Source of the DNA: Eledone cirrhosa
Taxonomy: Eukaryota
Assembly (NCBI GenBank): GCA_964016885.1
Contig: OZ024758.1
Location: 36,642,001-36,706,000, forward strand
Reading direction: 5' to 3'
Length of the DNA stretch: 64,000 nucleotides
Below are positions 27,471-41,400 of the stretch, in pieces (the stretch's first letter is position 1; each line of letters begins with the position of its first letter). The notes below the pieces were generated by a model. It was given only the letters and a program-made list of their open reading frames with translations. It was not told the origin of the DNA and searched no databases. Position numbers and translations under genes: made by a program.

Positions 27471-28849
27471 GGTACTAGCTGTCAGAAGGAACTCCACTGT
27501 TGGTGAGAATTCATTTAAGTTCATGGTATTAGCTGTCAGAAGTAACTCCAATGTTGGTGAGAATTCATTTAAGTCATGGTATTAGCTGTCAGAAGTCACT
27601 CCACTGTTGGTGAGAATTCATTTAAGTTCATGGTATTAGCTGTCAGAAGTAACTCCACTGTTGGTGAGAATTCATTTAAGTTCATGGTATTAGCTGTCAG
27701 AAGTAACTCCACTGTTGGTGAGAATTCATTTAAGTTCATGGTATTAGCTGTCAGAAGTAACTCCACTGTTGGTGAGAATTCATTTAAGTTCATGGTACTA
27801 GCTGTCAGAAGTAACGCCACTGTTGGTGAGAATTCATTTAAGTTCATGGTATTAGCTGTCAGAAGTAACTCCACTGTTGGTGAGAATTCATTTAAGTCAT
27901 GGTATTAGCTGTCAGAAGTAACTCCATTGTTGGTGAGAATTCATTTAAGTCATGGTACTAGCTGTCAGAAGTAACTCCACTGTTGGTGAGAATTCATTTA
28001 AGTTCATGGTACTAGCTGTCAGAAGTAACTCCACTGTTGGTGAGAATTCATTTAAGTTCATGGTACTAGCTGTCAGAAGTAACTCCAATGTTGGTGAGAA
28101 TTCATTTAAGTCATGGTACTAGCTGTCAGAAGTCACTCCACTGTTGGTGAGAATTCATTTAAGTTCATGGTATTAGCTGTCAGAAGGAACTCCACTGTTG
28201 GTGAGAATTCATTTAAATTCATGGTATTAGCTGTCAGAAGTAACTCCACTGTTGGTGAGAATTCATTTAAGTTCATGGTACTAGCTGTCGGAAGGAACTC
28301 CAATGTTGGTGAGAATTCATTTAAGTTCATGGTATTAGCTGTCAGAAGTAACTCCACTGTTGGTGAGAATTCATTTAAGTTCATGGTATTAGCTGTCAGA
28401 AGTAACTCCACTGTTGGTGAGAATTCATTTAAGTTCATGGTACTAGCTGTCAGAAGTAACTCCACTGTTGGTGAGAATTCGTTTAAGTTCATGGTAGTAG
28501 CTGTCAGAAGTAACCCCAATGTTGGTGAGAACACATTTAAGTTCATGGTATTAGCTGTCAGAAGTCACTCCACTGTTGGTGAGAATTCATTTAAGTTCAT
28601 GGTATTAGCTGTCAGCAGTAACTCCACTGTTGGTGAGAATTCATTTAAGTTCATGGTATTAGCTGTCAGAAGTAACTCCACTGTTGGTGAGAATTCATTT
28701 AAGTTCATGGTATTAGCTGTCAGAAGTAACTCCACTGTTGGTGAGAATTCATTTAAGTTCATGGTACTAGCTGTCAGAAGTAACTCCACTGTTGGTGAGA
28801 ATTCATTTAAGTTCATGGTATTAGCTGTCAGAAGTAACTCCACTGTTGG

Positions 28850-30900
28850 TGAGAATTCATTTAAGTCATGGTATTAGCTGTCAGAAGTAACTCCATTGTT
28901 GGTGAGAATTCAATTAAGTCATGGTACTAGCTGTCAGAAGTAACTCCACTGTTGGTGAGAATTCATTTAAGTTCATGGTACTAGCTGTCAGAAGTAACTC
29001 CTCTGTTGGTGAGAATTCATTTAAGTTCATGGTACTAGCTGTCAGAAGTAACTCCAATGTTGGTGAGAATTCATTTAAATTCATGGTATTAGCTGTCAGA
29101 AGTAACTCCACTGTTGGTGAGAATTCATTTAAGTTCATGGTACTAGCTGTCAGAAGCAACTCCACTGTTGGTGAGAATTCATTTAAGTTCATGGTATTAG
29201 CTGTCAGAAGTAACTCCACTGTTGGTGAGAATTCATTTAAGTTCATGGTACTAGCTGTCAGAAGTAACCCCAATGTTGGTGAGAATTCATTTAAGTTCAT
29301 GGTATTAGCTGTCAGAAGTCACTCCAATGTTGGTGAGAATTCATTTAAGTTCATGGTATTAGCTGTCAGAAGTCACTCCACTGTTGGTGAGAATTCATTT
29401 AAGTTCATGGTACTAGCTGTCAGAAGTAACCCCAATGTTGGTGAGAATTCATTTAAGTTCATGGTATTAGCTGTCAGAAGTTACTCCAATGTTGGTGAGA
29501 ATTCATTTAAGTTCATGGTATTAGCTGTCAGAAGTAACTCCACTGTTGGTGAGAATTCATTTAAGTTCATGGTATTAGCTGTCTGAAGTAACTCCACTGT
29601 TGGTGAGAATTCATTTAAGTTCATGGTATTAGCTGTCAGAAGGAACTCCAATGTTGGTGAGAATTCATTTAAGTCATGGTACTAGCTGTCAGAAGTAACT
29701 CCACTGTTGGTGAGAATTCATTTAAGTTCATGGTATTAGCTGTCAGAAGGAACGCCACTGTTGGTGAGAATTCATTTAAGTTCATGGTACTAGCTGTCAG
29801 AAGTAACTCCAATGTTGGTGAGAATTCATTTATGTTCATGGTATTAGCTGTCAGAAGTAACTCCACTGTTGGTGAGAATTCATTTAAGTCATGGTATTAG
29901 CTGTCAGAAGTAACTCCATTGTTGGTGAGAATTCATTTAAGTCATGGTACTAGCTGTCAGAAGTAACTCCACTGTTGGTGAGAATTCATTTAAGTTCATG
30001 GTACTAGCTGTCAGAAGTAACTCCACTGTTGGTGAGAATTCATTTAAGTTCATGGTACTAGCTGTCAGAAGTAACTCCAATGTTGGTGAGAATTCATTTA
30101 AATTCATGGTATTAGCTGTCAGAAGTAACTCCACTGTTGGTGAGAATTCATTTAAGTTCATGGTACTAGCTGTCAGAAGCAACTCCACTGTTGGTGAGAA
30201 TTCATTTAAGTTCATGGTATTAGCTGTCAGAAGTAACTCCACTGTTGGTGAGAATTCATTTAAGTTCATGGTACTAGCTGTCAGAAGTAACCCCAATGAT
30301 GGTGAGAATTCATTTAAGTTCATGGTATTAGCTGTCAGAAGTCACTCCAATGTTGGTGAGAATTCATTTAAGTTCATGGTATTAGCTGTCAGAAGTCACT
30401 CCACTGTTGGTGAGAATTCATTTAAGTTCATGGTACTAGCTGTCAGAAGTAACCCCAATGTTGGTGAGAATTCATTTAAGTTCATGGTATTAGCTGTCAG
30501 AAGTTACTCCAATGTTGGTGAGAATTCATTTAAGTTCATGGTATTAGCTGTCAGAAGTAACTCCACTGTTGGTGAGAATTCATTTAAGTTCATGGTATTA
30601 GCTGTCAGAAGTAACTCCACTGTTGGTGAGAATTCATTTAAGTTCATGGTATTAGCTGTCAGAAGGAACTCCAATGTTGGTGAGAATTCATTTAAGTCAT
30701 GGTACTAGCTGTCAGAAGTAACTCCACTGTTGGTGAGAATTCATTTAAGTTCATGGTATTAGCTGTCAGAAGGAACGCCACTGTTGGTGAGAATTCATTT
30801 AAGTTCATGGTACTAGCTGTCAGAAGTAACTCCAATGTTGGTGATAATTCATTTATGTTCATGGTATTAGCTGTCAGAAGTAACTCCACTGTTGGTGAGA
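28850..30900. repeat. 1023-bp (19-monomer) tandem duplication
   Basis: ORF pairs 28921/29944 and 29676/30699 share the same variant order. Confidence 0.88.
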
Positions 30901-33900
30901 ATTCATTTAAGTTCATGGTACTAGCTGTCAGAAGTAACTCCACTGTTGGTGACAATTCATTTAAGTCATGGTATTAGCTGTCAGAAGTAACTCCATTGTT
31001 GGTAAGAATTCATTTAAGTCATGGTACTAGCTGTCAGAAGTAACTCCACTGTTGGTGAGAATTCATTTAAGTTCATGGTATTAGCTGTCAGAAGTAACTC
31101 CACTGTTGGTGAGAATTCATTTAAGTTCATGGTATTAGTTGTCAGAAGTAACTCCACTGATGGTGAGAATTCATTTAAGTCATGGTATTAGTTGTCAGAA
31201 GTAACTCCAATGTTGGTGAGAATTCATTTAAGTTCATGGTTCTAGCTGTCAGAAGTAACTCCACTGTTGGTGAGAATTCATTTAAGTTCATGGTATTAGC
31301 TGTCAGAAGTAACTCCACTGTTGGTGAGAATTCATTTAAGTCATGGTATTAGATGTCAGAAGTAACTCCATTGTTGGTGGGAATTCATTTAAGTCATGGT
31401 ACTAGCTGTCAGAAGTAACTCCACTGTTGGTGAGAATTCATTTAAGTTCATGGTATTAGCTGTCAGAAGTAACTCCTCTGTTGGTGAGAATTCATTTAAG
31501 TCATGGTATTAGCTGTCAGAAGTAACTCCAATGTTGGTGAGAATTCATTGAAGTCATGGTACTAGCTGTCAGAAGTAACACCAATGTTGGTGAGAATTCA
31601 GTTAAGTTCATGGTATTAGCTGTCAGAAGGATCTCCAATGTTGGTGAGAATTCATTTAAGTTCATGGTATTAGTTGTCAGAAGTAACCCCACTGTTGGTG
31701 AGAATTCATTTAAGTTCATGGTATTAGCTGTCAGAAGTAACTCCACTGTTGGTGAGAATTCATTTAAGTTCATGGTATTAGCTGTCAGAAGTAACTCCAC
31801 TGTTGGTGAGAATTCATTTAAGTTCATGGTATTAGCTGTCAGAAGGAACTCCAATGTTGGTGAGAATTCATTTAAGTCATGGTACTAGCTGTCAGAAGTA
31901 ACTCCACTGTTGGTGAGAATTCATTTAAGTTCATGGTATTAGCTGTCAGAAGGAACGCCACTGTTGGTGAGAATTCATTTAAGTTCATGGTATTAGCTGT
32001 CAGAAGTAACTCCACTGTTGGTGAGAATTCATTTAAGTTCATGGTACTAGTTGTCAGAAGTAACTCCACTGTTGGTGAGAATTCATTTAAGTTCATGGTA
32101 TTAGTTGTCAAAAGTAACTCCACTGTTGGTGAGAATTCATTTAAGTCATGGTATTTGTTGTCAGAAGTAACTCCAATGTTGGTGAGAATTCATTTAAGTT
32201 CATGGTTCTAGCTGTCAGAAGTAACTCCACTGTTGGTGAGAATTCATTTAAGTTCATGGTATTAGCTGTCAGAAGTAACTCCATTGTTGGTGAGAATTCA
32301 TTTAAGTCATGGTACTAGCTGTCAGAAGTAACTCCACTGTTGGTGAGAATTCATTTAAGTTCATGGTATTAGCTGTCAGAAGGAACTCCACTGTTGGTGA
32401 GAATACATTTAAGTTCATGGTACTAGCTGTCAGAAGTAACTCCACTGTTGGTGAGAATTCATTTAAGTTCATGGTATTAGTTTGTCAGAAGTAACTCCAC
32501 TGTTGGTGAGAATTCATTTAATTCATGGTATTAGTTGTCAGAAGTAACTCCAATGTTGGTGAGAATTCATTTAAGTCATGGTACTAGCTGTCAGAAGTAA
32601 CTCCAATGTTGGTGAGAATTCATTTAAGTTCATGGTATTAGCTGTCAGAAGGAACTCCACTGTTGGTGAGAATTCATTTAAGTTCATGGTATTAGCTGTC
32701 AGAAGTAACTCCACTGTTGGCGAGAATTCATTTAAGTTCATGGTACTAGCTGTCAGAAGTAACTCCAATGTTGGTGAGAATTCATTTAAGTTCATGGTAT
32801 TAGCTGTCAGAAGTAACTCCACTGTTGGTGAGAATTCATTTAAGTCATGGTATTAGCTGTCAGAAGTAACTCCAATGTTGGTGAGAATTCATTTAAGTTC
32901 ATGGTACTAGCTGTCAGAAGTAACTCCACTGTTGGTGAGAATTCATTTAAGTTCATGGTACTAGCTGTCAGAAGTAACTCCAATGTTGGTGAGAATTCAT
33001 TTAAGTTCATGGTATTAGCTGTCAGAAGGAACTCCACTGTTGGTGAGAATTCATTTAAGTTCATGGTATTAGCTGTCAGAAGTAACTCCACTGTTTGGTG
33101 AGAATTCATTTAAGTTCATGGTACTAGCTGTCAGAAGTAACTCCACTGTTGGTGAGAATTCATTTAAGTTCATGGTATTAGTTTGTCAGAAGTAACTCCA
33201 CTGTTGGTGAGAATTCATTTAAGTCATGGTATTAGTTGTCAGAAGTTTACTCCAATGTTGATGAGAATTCATTTAATTTCATGGTACTAGCTGTCAGAAG
33301 TAACTCCACTGTTGGTGAGAATTCATTTAAGTTCATGGTATTAGCTGTCAGAAGTAACTCCACTGTTGGTGAGAATTCATTTAAGTTCATGGTATTAGTT
33401 GTCAGAAGTAACTCCACTGTTGGTGAGAATTCATATAAGTCATGGTATTAGTTGTCAGAAGTAACTCCAATGTTGGTGAGAATTCATTTAAGTTCATGGT
33501 ATTAGCTGTCAGAAGTAACTCCACTGTTGGTGAGAATTCATTTAAGTTCATGGTATTAGCTGTCAGAAGTAACTCCACTGTTGGTGAGAATTCATTTAAG
33601 TTCATGGTATTAGCTGTCAGAAGGAACTCCAATGTTGGTGAGAATTCATTTAAGTCATGGTACTAGCTGTCAGAAGTAACTCCACTGTTGGTGAGAATTC
33701 ATTTAAGTTCATGGTATTAGCTGTCAGAAGGAACGCCACTGTTGGTGAGAATTCATTTAATTCATGGTATTAGTTGTCAGAAGTAACTCCAATGTTGGTG
33801 AGAATTCATTTAAGTCATGGTACTAGCTGTCAGAAGTAACTCCAATGTTGGTGAGAATTCATTTAAGTTCATGGTATTAGCTGTCAGAAGGAACTCCACT

Positions 33901-36900
33901 GTTGGTGAGAATTCATTTAAGTTCATGGTATTAGCTGTCAGAAGTAACTCCACTGTTGGTGAGAATTCATTTAAGTTCATGGTACTGGCTGTCAGAAGTA
34001 ACTCCAATGTTGGTGAGAATTCATTTAAGTTCATGGTATTAGCTGTCAGAAGTAACTCCACTGTTGGTGAGAATTCATTTAAGTCATGGTATTAGCTGTC
34101 AGAAGTAACTCCAATGTTGGTGAGAATTCATTTAAGTTCATGGTATTAGCTGTCAGAAGTAACTCCACTGTTGGTGAGAATTCATTTAAGTTCATGGTAC
34201 TAGCTGTCAGAAGTAACTCCACTGTTGGTGAGAATTCATTTAAGTTCATGGTATTAGTTTGTCAGAAGTAACTCCACTGTTGGTGAGAATTCATTTAAGT
34301 CATGGTATTAGTTGTCAGAAGTTTACTCCAATGTTGGTGAGAATTCATTTAATTTCATGGTACTAGCTGTCAGAAGTAACTCCACTGTTGGTGAGAATTC
34401 ATTTAAGTTCATGGTATTAGCTGTCAGAAGTAACTCCACTGTTGGTGAGAATTCATTTAAGTTCATGGTATTAGTTGTCAGAAGTAACTCCACTGTTGGT
34501 GAGAATTCATTTAAGTCATGGTATTAGTTGTCAGAAGTAACTCCAATGTTGGTGAGAATTCATTTAAGTTCATGGTATTAGCTGTCAGAAGTAACTCCAC
34601 TGTTGGTGAGAATTCATTTAAGTTCATGGTATTAGCTGTCAGAAGTAACTCCACTGTTGGTGAGAATTCATTTAAGTTCATGGTATTAGCTGTCAGAAGG
34701 AACTCCAATGTTGGTGAGAATTCATTTAAGTCATGGTACTAGCTGTCAGAAGTAACTCCACTGTTGGTGAGAATTCATTTAAGTTCATGGTATTAGCTGT
34801 CAGAAGGAACGCCACTGTTGGTGAGAATTCATTTAAGTTCATGGTATTAGCTGTCAGAGGTAACTCCACTGTTGGTGAGAATTCATTTAAGTTCATGGTA
34901 CTAGTTGTCAGAAGTAACTCCACTGTTGGTGAGAATTCATTTAAGTTCATGGTATTAGTTGTCAGAAGTAACTCCACTGTTGGTGAGAATTCATTTAAGT
35001 CATGGTATTTGTTGTCAGAAGTAACTCCAATGTTGGTGAGAATTCATTTAAGTTCATGGTTCTAGCTGTCAGAAGTAACTCCACTGTTGGTGAGAATTCA
35101 TTTATGTTCATGGTATTAGCTGTCAGAAGTAACTCCACTGTTGGTGAGAGTTCATTTAAGTCATGGTATTAGCTGTCAGAAGTAACTCCATTGTTGGTGA
35201 GAATTCATTTAAGTCATGGTACTAGCTGTCAGAAGTAACTCCACTGTTGGTGAGAATTCATTTAAGTTCATGGTATTAGCTGTCAGAAGGAACTCCACTG
35301 TTGGTGAGAATACATTTAAGTTCATGGTACTAGCTGTCAGAAGTAACTCCACTGTTGGTGAGAATTCATTTAAGTTCATGGTATTAGTTTGTCAGAAGTA
35401 ACTCCACTGTTGGTGAGAATTCATTTAATTCATGGTATTAGTTGTCAGAAGTAACTCCAATGTTGGTGAGAATTCATTTAAGTCATGGTACTAGCTGTCA
35501 GAAGTAACTCCAATGTTGGTGAGAATTCATTTAAGTTCATGGTATTAGCTGTCAGAAGTAACTCCACTGTTGGTGAGAATTCATTTAAGTTCATGGTATT
35601 AGTTTGTCAGAAGTAACTCCACTGTTGGTGAAAATTCATTTAAGTCATGGTATTAGTTGTCAGAAGTTTACTCCAATGTTGGTGAGAATTCATTTAAGTT
35701 CATGGTACTAGCTGTCAGAAGTAACTCCACTGTTGGTGAGAATTCATTTAAGTTCATGGTATTAGCTGTCAGAAGTAACTCCACTGTTTGTGAGAATTCA
35801 TTTAAGTTCATGGTACTAGCTGTCAGAAGTAACTCCAATGTTGGTGAGAATTCATTTAAGTTCATGGTATTAGCTGTCAGAAGGAACTCCACTGTTGGTG
35901 AGAATTCATTTAAGTTCATGGTATTAGCTCTCAGAAGTAACTCCACTGTTGGTGAGAATTCATTTAAGTTCATGGTATTAGTTGTCAGAAGTAACTCCAC
36001 TGTTGGTGAGAATTCATTTAAGTCATGGTATTTGTTGTCAGAAGTAACTCCAATGTTGGTGAGAATTCATTTAAGTTCATGGTTCTAGCTGTCAGAAGTA
36101 ACTCCACTGTTGGTGAGAATTCATTTAAGTTCATGGTATTAGCTGTCAGAAGGAACTCCACTGTTGGTGAGAATACATTTAAGTTCATGGTACTAGCTGT
36201 CAGAAGTAACTCCACTGTTGGTGAGAATTCATTTAAGTTCATGGTATTAGTTTGTCAGAAGTAACTCCACTGTTGGTGAGAATTCATTTAATTCATGGTA
36301 TTAGTTGTCAGAAGTAACTCCAATGTTGGTGAGAATTCATTTAAGTCATGGTACTAGCTGTCAGAAGTAACTCCAATGTTGGTGAGAATTCATTTAAGTT
36401 CATGGTATTAGCTGTCAGAAGGAACTCCACTGTTGGTGAGAATTCATTTAAGTTCATGGTATTAGCTGTCAGAAGTAACTCCACTGTTGGCGAGAATTCA
36501 TTTAAGTTCATGGTACTAGCTGTCAGAAGTAACTCCAATGTTGGTGAGAATTCATTTAAGTTCATGGTATTAGCTGTCAGAAGTAACTCCACTGTTGGTG
36601 AGAATTCATTTAAGTCATGGTATTAGCTGTCAGAAGTAACTCCAATGTTGGTGAGAATTCATTTAAGTTCATGGTACTAGCTGTCAGAAGTAACTCCACT
36701 GTTGGTGAGAATTCATTTAAGTTCATGGTATTAGTTTGTCAGAAGTAACTCCACTGTTGGTGAGAATTCATTTAAGTCATGGTATTAGTTGTCAGAAGTT
36801 TACTCCAATGTTGGTGAGAATTCATTTAAGTTCATGGTACTAGCTGTCAGAAGTAACTCCACTGTTGGTGAGAATTCATTTAAGTTCATGGTATTAGCTG

Positions 36901-38499
36901 TCAGAAGTAACTCCACTGTTGGTGAGAATTCATTTAAGTTCATGGTACTAGCTGTCAGAAGTAACTCCAATGTTGGTGAGAATTCATTTAAGTTCATGGT
37001 ATTAGCTGTCAGAAGGAACTCCACTGTTGGTGAGAATTCATTTAAGTTCATGGTATTAGCTCTCAGAAGTAACTCCACTGTTGGTGAGAATTCATTTAAG
37101 TTCATGGTACTAGTTGTCAGAAGTAACTCCACTGTTGGTGAGAATTCATTTAAGTTCATGGTACTAGCTGTCAGAAGTAACTCCACTGTTGGTGAGAATT
37201 CATTTAAGTTCATGGTATTAGTTTGTCAGAAGTAGCTCCACTGTTGGTGAGAATTCATTTAATTCATGGTATTAGTTGTCAGAAGTAACTCCAATGTTGG
37301 TGAGAATTCATTTAAGTCATGGTACTAGCTGTCAGAAGTAACTCCAATGTTGGTGAGAGGTCATTTAAGTTCATGGTATTAGCTGTCAGAAGGAACTCCA
37401 CTGTTGGTGAGAATTCATTTAAGTTCATGGTACTGGCTGTCAGAAGTAACTCCAATGTTGGTGAGAATTCATTTAAGTTCATGGTATTAGCTGTCAGAAG
37501 TAACTCCACTGTTGGTGAGAATTCATTTAAGTCATGGTATTAGCTGTCAGAAGTAACTCCAATGTTGGTGAGAATTCATTTAAGTTCATGGTATTAGCTG
37601 TCAGAAGTAACTCCACTGTTGGTGAGAATTCATTTAAGTTCATGGTACTAGCTGTCAGAAGTAACTCCACTGTTGGTGAGAATTCATTTAAGTTCATGGT
37701 ATTAGTTTGTCAGAAGTAACTCCACTGTTGGTGAGAATTCATTTAAGTCATGGTATTAGTTGTCAGAAGTTTGCTCCAATGTTGGTGAGAATTCATTTAA
37801 TTTCATGGTACTAGCTGTCAGAAGTAACTCCACTGTTGGTGAGAATTCATTTAAGTTCATGGTATTAGCTGTCAGAAGTAACTCCACTGTTGGTGAGAAT
37901 TCATTTAAGTTCATGGTATTAGTTGTCAGAAGTAACTCCACTGTTGGTGAGAATTCATTTAAGTCATGGTATTAGTTGTCAGAAGTAACTCCAATGTTGG
38001 TGAGAATTCATTTAAGTTCATGGTATTAGCTGTCAGAAGGAACTCCACTGTTGGTGAGAATTCATTTAAGTTCATGGTACTAGCTATCAGAAGTAACTCC
38101 ACTGTTGGTGAGAATTCATTTAAGTTCATGGTACTAGCTGTGAGAAGTAACTCCAATGTTGGTGAGAATTCATTTAAGTTCATGGTATTAGCTGTCAGAA
38201 GTAACTCCACTGTTGGTGAGAATTCATTTAAGTCATGGTATTAGCTGTCAGAAGTAACTCCAATGTTGGTGAGAATTCATTTAAGTTCATGGTACTAGCT
38301 GTCAGAAGTAACTCCACTGTTGGTGAGAATTCATTTAAGTTCATGGTACTAGCTGTCAGAAGTAACTCCAATGTTGGTGAGAATTAAGTTAAGTTCATGG
38401 TATTAGTTGTCAGAAGTAACTCCACTGTTGGTGAGAATTCATTTAAATCATGGTATTAGTTGTCAGAGGTAACTCCAATGTTGGTGAGAATTCATTTAA

Positions 38500-41400
38500 G
38501 TTCATGGTACTAGCTGTCAGAAGTAACTCCACTGTTGGTGAGAATTCATTTAAGTTCATGGTATTAGCTGTCAGAAGTAACTCCACTGTTGGTGAGAATT
38601 CATTTAAATCATGGTATTAGTTGTCAGAAGTAACTCCAATGTTGGTAAGAATTCATTTAAGTTCATGGTACTAGCTGTCAGAAGTAACTCCACTGTTGGT
38701 GAGAATTCATTTAAGTTCATGGTATTAGCTGTCAGAAGTAACTCCACTGTTGGTGAGAATTCATTTAAGTCATGGTATTAGCTGTCAGAAGTAACTCCAT
38801 TGTTGGTGAGAATTCATTGAAGTCATGGTACTAGCTGTCAGAAGTAACTCCAATGTTGGTGAGAATTCAGTTAAGTTCATGGTATTAGCTGTCAGAAGGA
38901 ACTCCAATGTTGGTGAGAATTCATTTAAGTTCATGGTATTAGTTGTCAGAAGTAACTCCACTGTTGGTGAGAATTCATTTAAGTTCATGGTATTAGCTGT
39001 CAGAAGTAACTCCACTGTTGGTGAGAATTCATTTAAGTTCATGGTATTAGCTGTCAGAAGGAACGCCACTGTTGGTGAGAATTCATTTAAGTTCATGGTA
39101 TTAGCTGTCAGAAGTAACTCAACTGTTGGTGAGAATTCATTTAAGTTCATGGTACTAGTTGTCAGAAGTAACTCCACTGTTGGTGAGAATTCATTTAGGT
39201 TCATGGTATTAGTTGTCAGAAGTAACTCCACTGTTGGTGAGAATTCATTTAAGTCATGGTATTAGTTGTCAGAAGTAACTCCACTGTTGGTGAGAATTCA
39301 TTTAAGTTCATGGTATTAGCTGTCAGAAGTAACCCCAATGTTGGTGAGAATTCATTTAAGTCATGGTATTAGCTGTCAGAAGTAACTCCATTGTTGGTGA
39401 GAATTCATTTAAGTCATGGTACTAGCTGTCAGAAGTAACTCCACTGTTGGTGAGAATTCATTTAAGTTCATGGTATTAGCTGTCAGAGGAACTCCACTGT
39501 TGGTGAGAATTCATTTAAGTTCATGGTACTAGCTGTCAGAAGTAACTCCACTGTTGGTGAGAATTCATTTAAGTTCATGGTATTAGTTTGTCAGAAGTAA
39601 CTCCACTGTTGGTGAGAATTCATTTAATTCATGGTATTAGTTGTCAGAAGTAACTCCAATGTTGGTGAGAATTCATTTAAGTCATGGTACTAGCTGTCAG
39701 AAGTAACTCCAATGTTGGTGAGAATTCATTTAAGTTCATGGTATTAGCTGTCAGAAGGAACTCCACTGTTGGTGAGAATTCATTTAAGTTCATGGTATTA
39801 GCTGTCAGAAGTAACTCCACTGTTGGCGAGAATTCATTTAAGTTCATGGTACTAGCTGTCAGAAGTAACTCCAATGTTGGTGAGAATTCATTTAAGTTCA
39901 TGGTATTAGCTGTCAGAAGTAACTCCACTGTTGGTGAGAATTCATTTAAGTCATGGTATTAGCTGTCAGAAGTAACTCCAATGTTGGTGAGAATTCATTT
40001 AAGTTCATGGTACTAGCTGTCAGAAGTAACTCCACTGTTGGTGAGAATTCATTTAAGTTCATGGTATTCGTTTGTCAGAAGTAACTCCACTGTTGGTGAG
40101 AATTCATTTAAGTAATGGTATTAGTTGTCAGAAGTTTACTCCAATGTTGGTGAGAATTCATTTAAGTTCATGGTACTAGCTGTCAGAAGTAACTCCACTG
40201 TTGGTGAGAATTCATTTAAGTTCATGGTATTAGCTGTCAGAAGAAACTCCACTGTTGGTGAGAATTCATTTAAGTCATGGTATTAGCTGTCAGAAGTAAC
40301 TCCAATGTTGGTGAGAATTCATTTAAGTCATGGTACTAGCTGTCAGAAGTAACTCCAATGTTGGTGAGAATTCAGTTAAGTTCATGGTATTAGCTGTCAG
40401 AAGGAACTCCACTGTTGGTGAGAATTCATTTAAGTTCATGGTTCTAGCTGTCAGAAGTAACTCCACTGTTGGTGAGAATTCATTTAAGTTCATGGTACTA
40501 GCTGTCAGAAGTAACTCCACTGTTGGTGAGAATTCATTTAAGTTCATGGTACTAGCTGTCAGAAGTAACTCCACTGTTGGTGAGAATTCAGTTAAGTTCA
40601 TGGTATTAGTTGTCAGAAGTAACTCCACTGTTGGTGAGAATTCATTTAAATCATGGTATTAGTTGTCAGAAGTAACTCCAATGTTGGTGAGAATTCATTT
40701 AATTTCATGGTACTAGCTGTCAGAAGTAACTCCACTGTTGGTGAGAATTCATTTAAGTCATGGTATTAGTTGTCAGAAGTAACTCCAATGTTGGTGAGAA
40801 TTCATTTAAGTTCATGGTACTAGCTGTCAGAAGTAACTCCACTGTTGGTGAGAATTCATTTAAGTTCATGGTATTAGCTGTCAGAAGTAACTCCACTGTT
40901 GGTGAGAATTCATTTAAGTCATGGTATTAGTTGTCAGAAGTAACTCCAATGTTGGTGAGAATTCATTTAAGTTCATGGTACTAGCTGTCAGAAGTAACTC
41001 CACTGTTGGTGAGAATTCATTTAAGTTCATGGTATTAGCTGTCAGAAGTAACTCCAATGTTGGTGAGAATTCATTTAAGTTCATGGTATTAGCTGTCAGA
41101 AGTAACTCCACTGTTGGTGAGAATTCATTTAAGTTCATGGTATTAGCTGTCAGAAGTAACTCCACTGTTGGTGAGAATTCATTTAAGTTCATGGTATTAG
41201 CTGTCAGAAGGAACGCCACTGTTGGTGAGAATTCATTTAAGTTCATGGTATTAGCTGTCAGAAGTAACTCAACTGTTGGTGAGAATTCATTTAAGTTCAT
41301 GGTACTAGTTGTCAGAAGTAACTCCACTGTTGGTGAGAATTCATTTAGGTTCATGGTATTAGTTGTCAGAAGTAACTCCACTGTTGGTGAGAATTCATTT

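Larger units (their letters stand above)
1..31100. repeat. Subfamily domain A
   Basis: Diagnostic variants AAGTCACTCC, AAGCAACTCC, AAGTTACTCC, GCTGTTAGA and TTTAAATTC recur to about 30.5 kb and were not seen afterwards. Runs of full 54-mers are long (28 units at 10569-12089). Confidence 0.9.
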
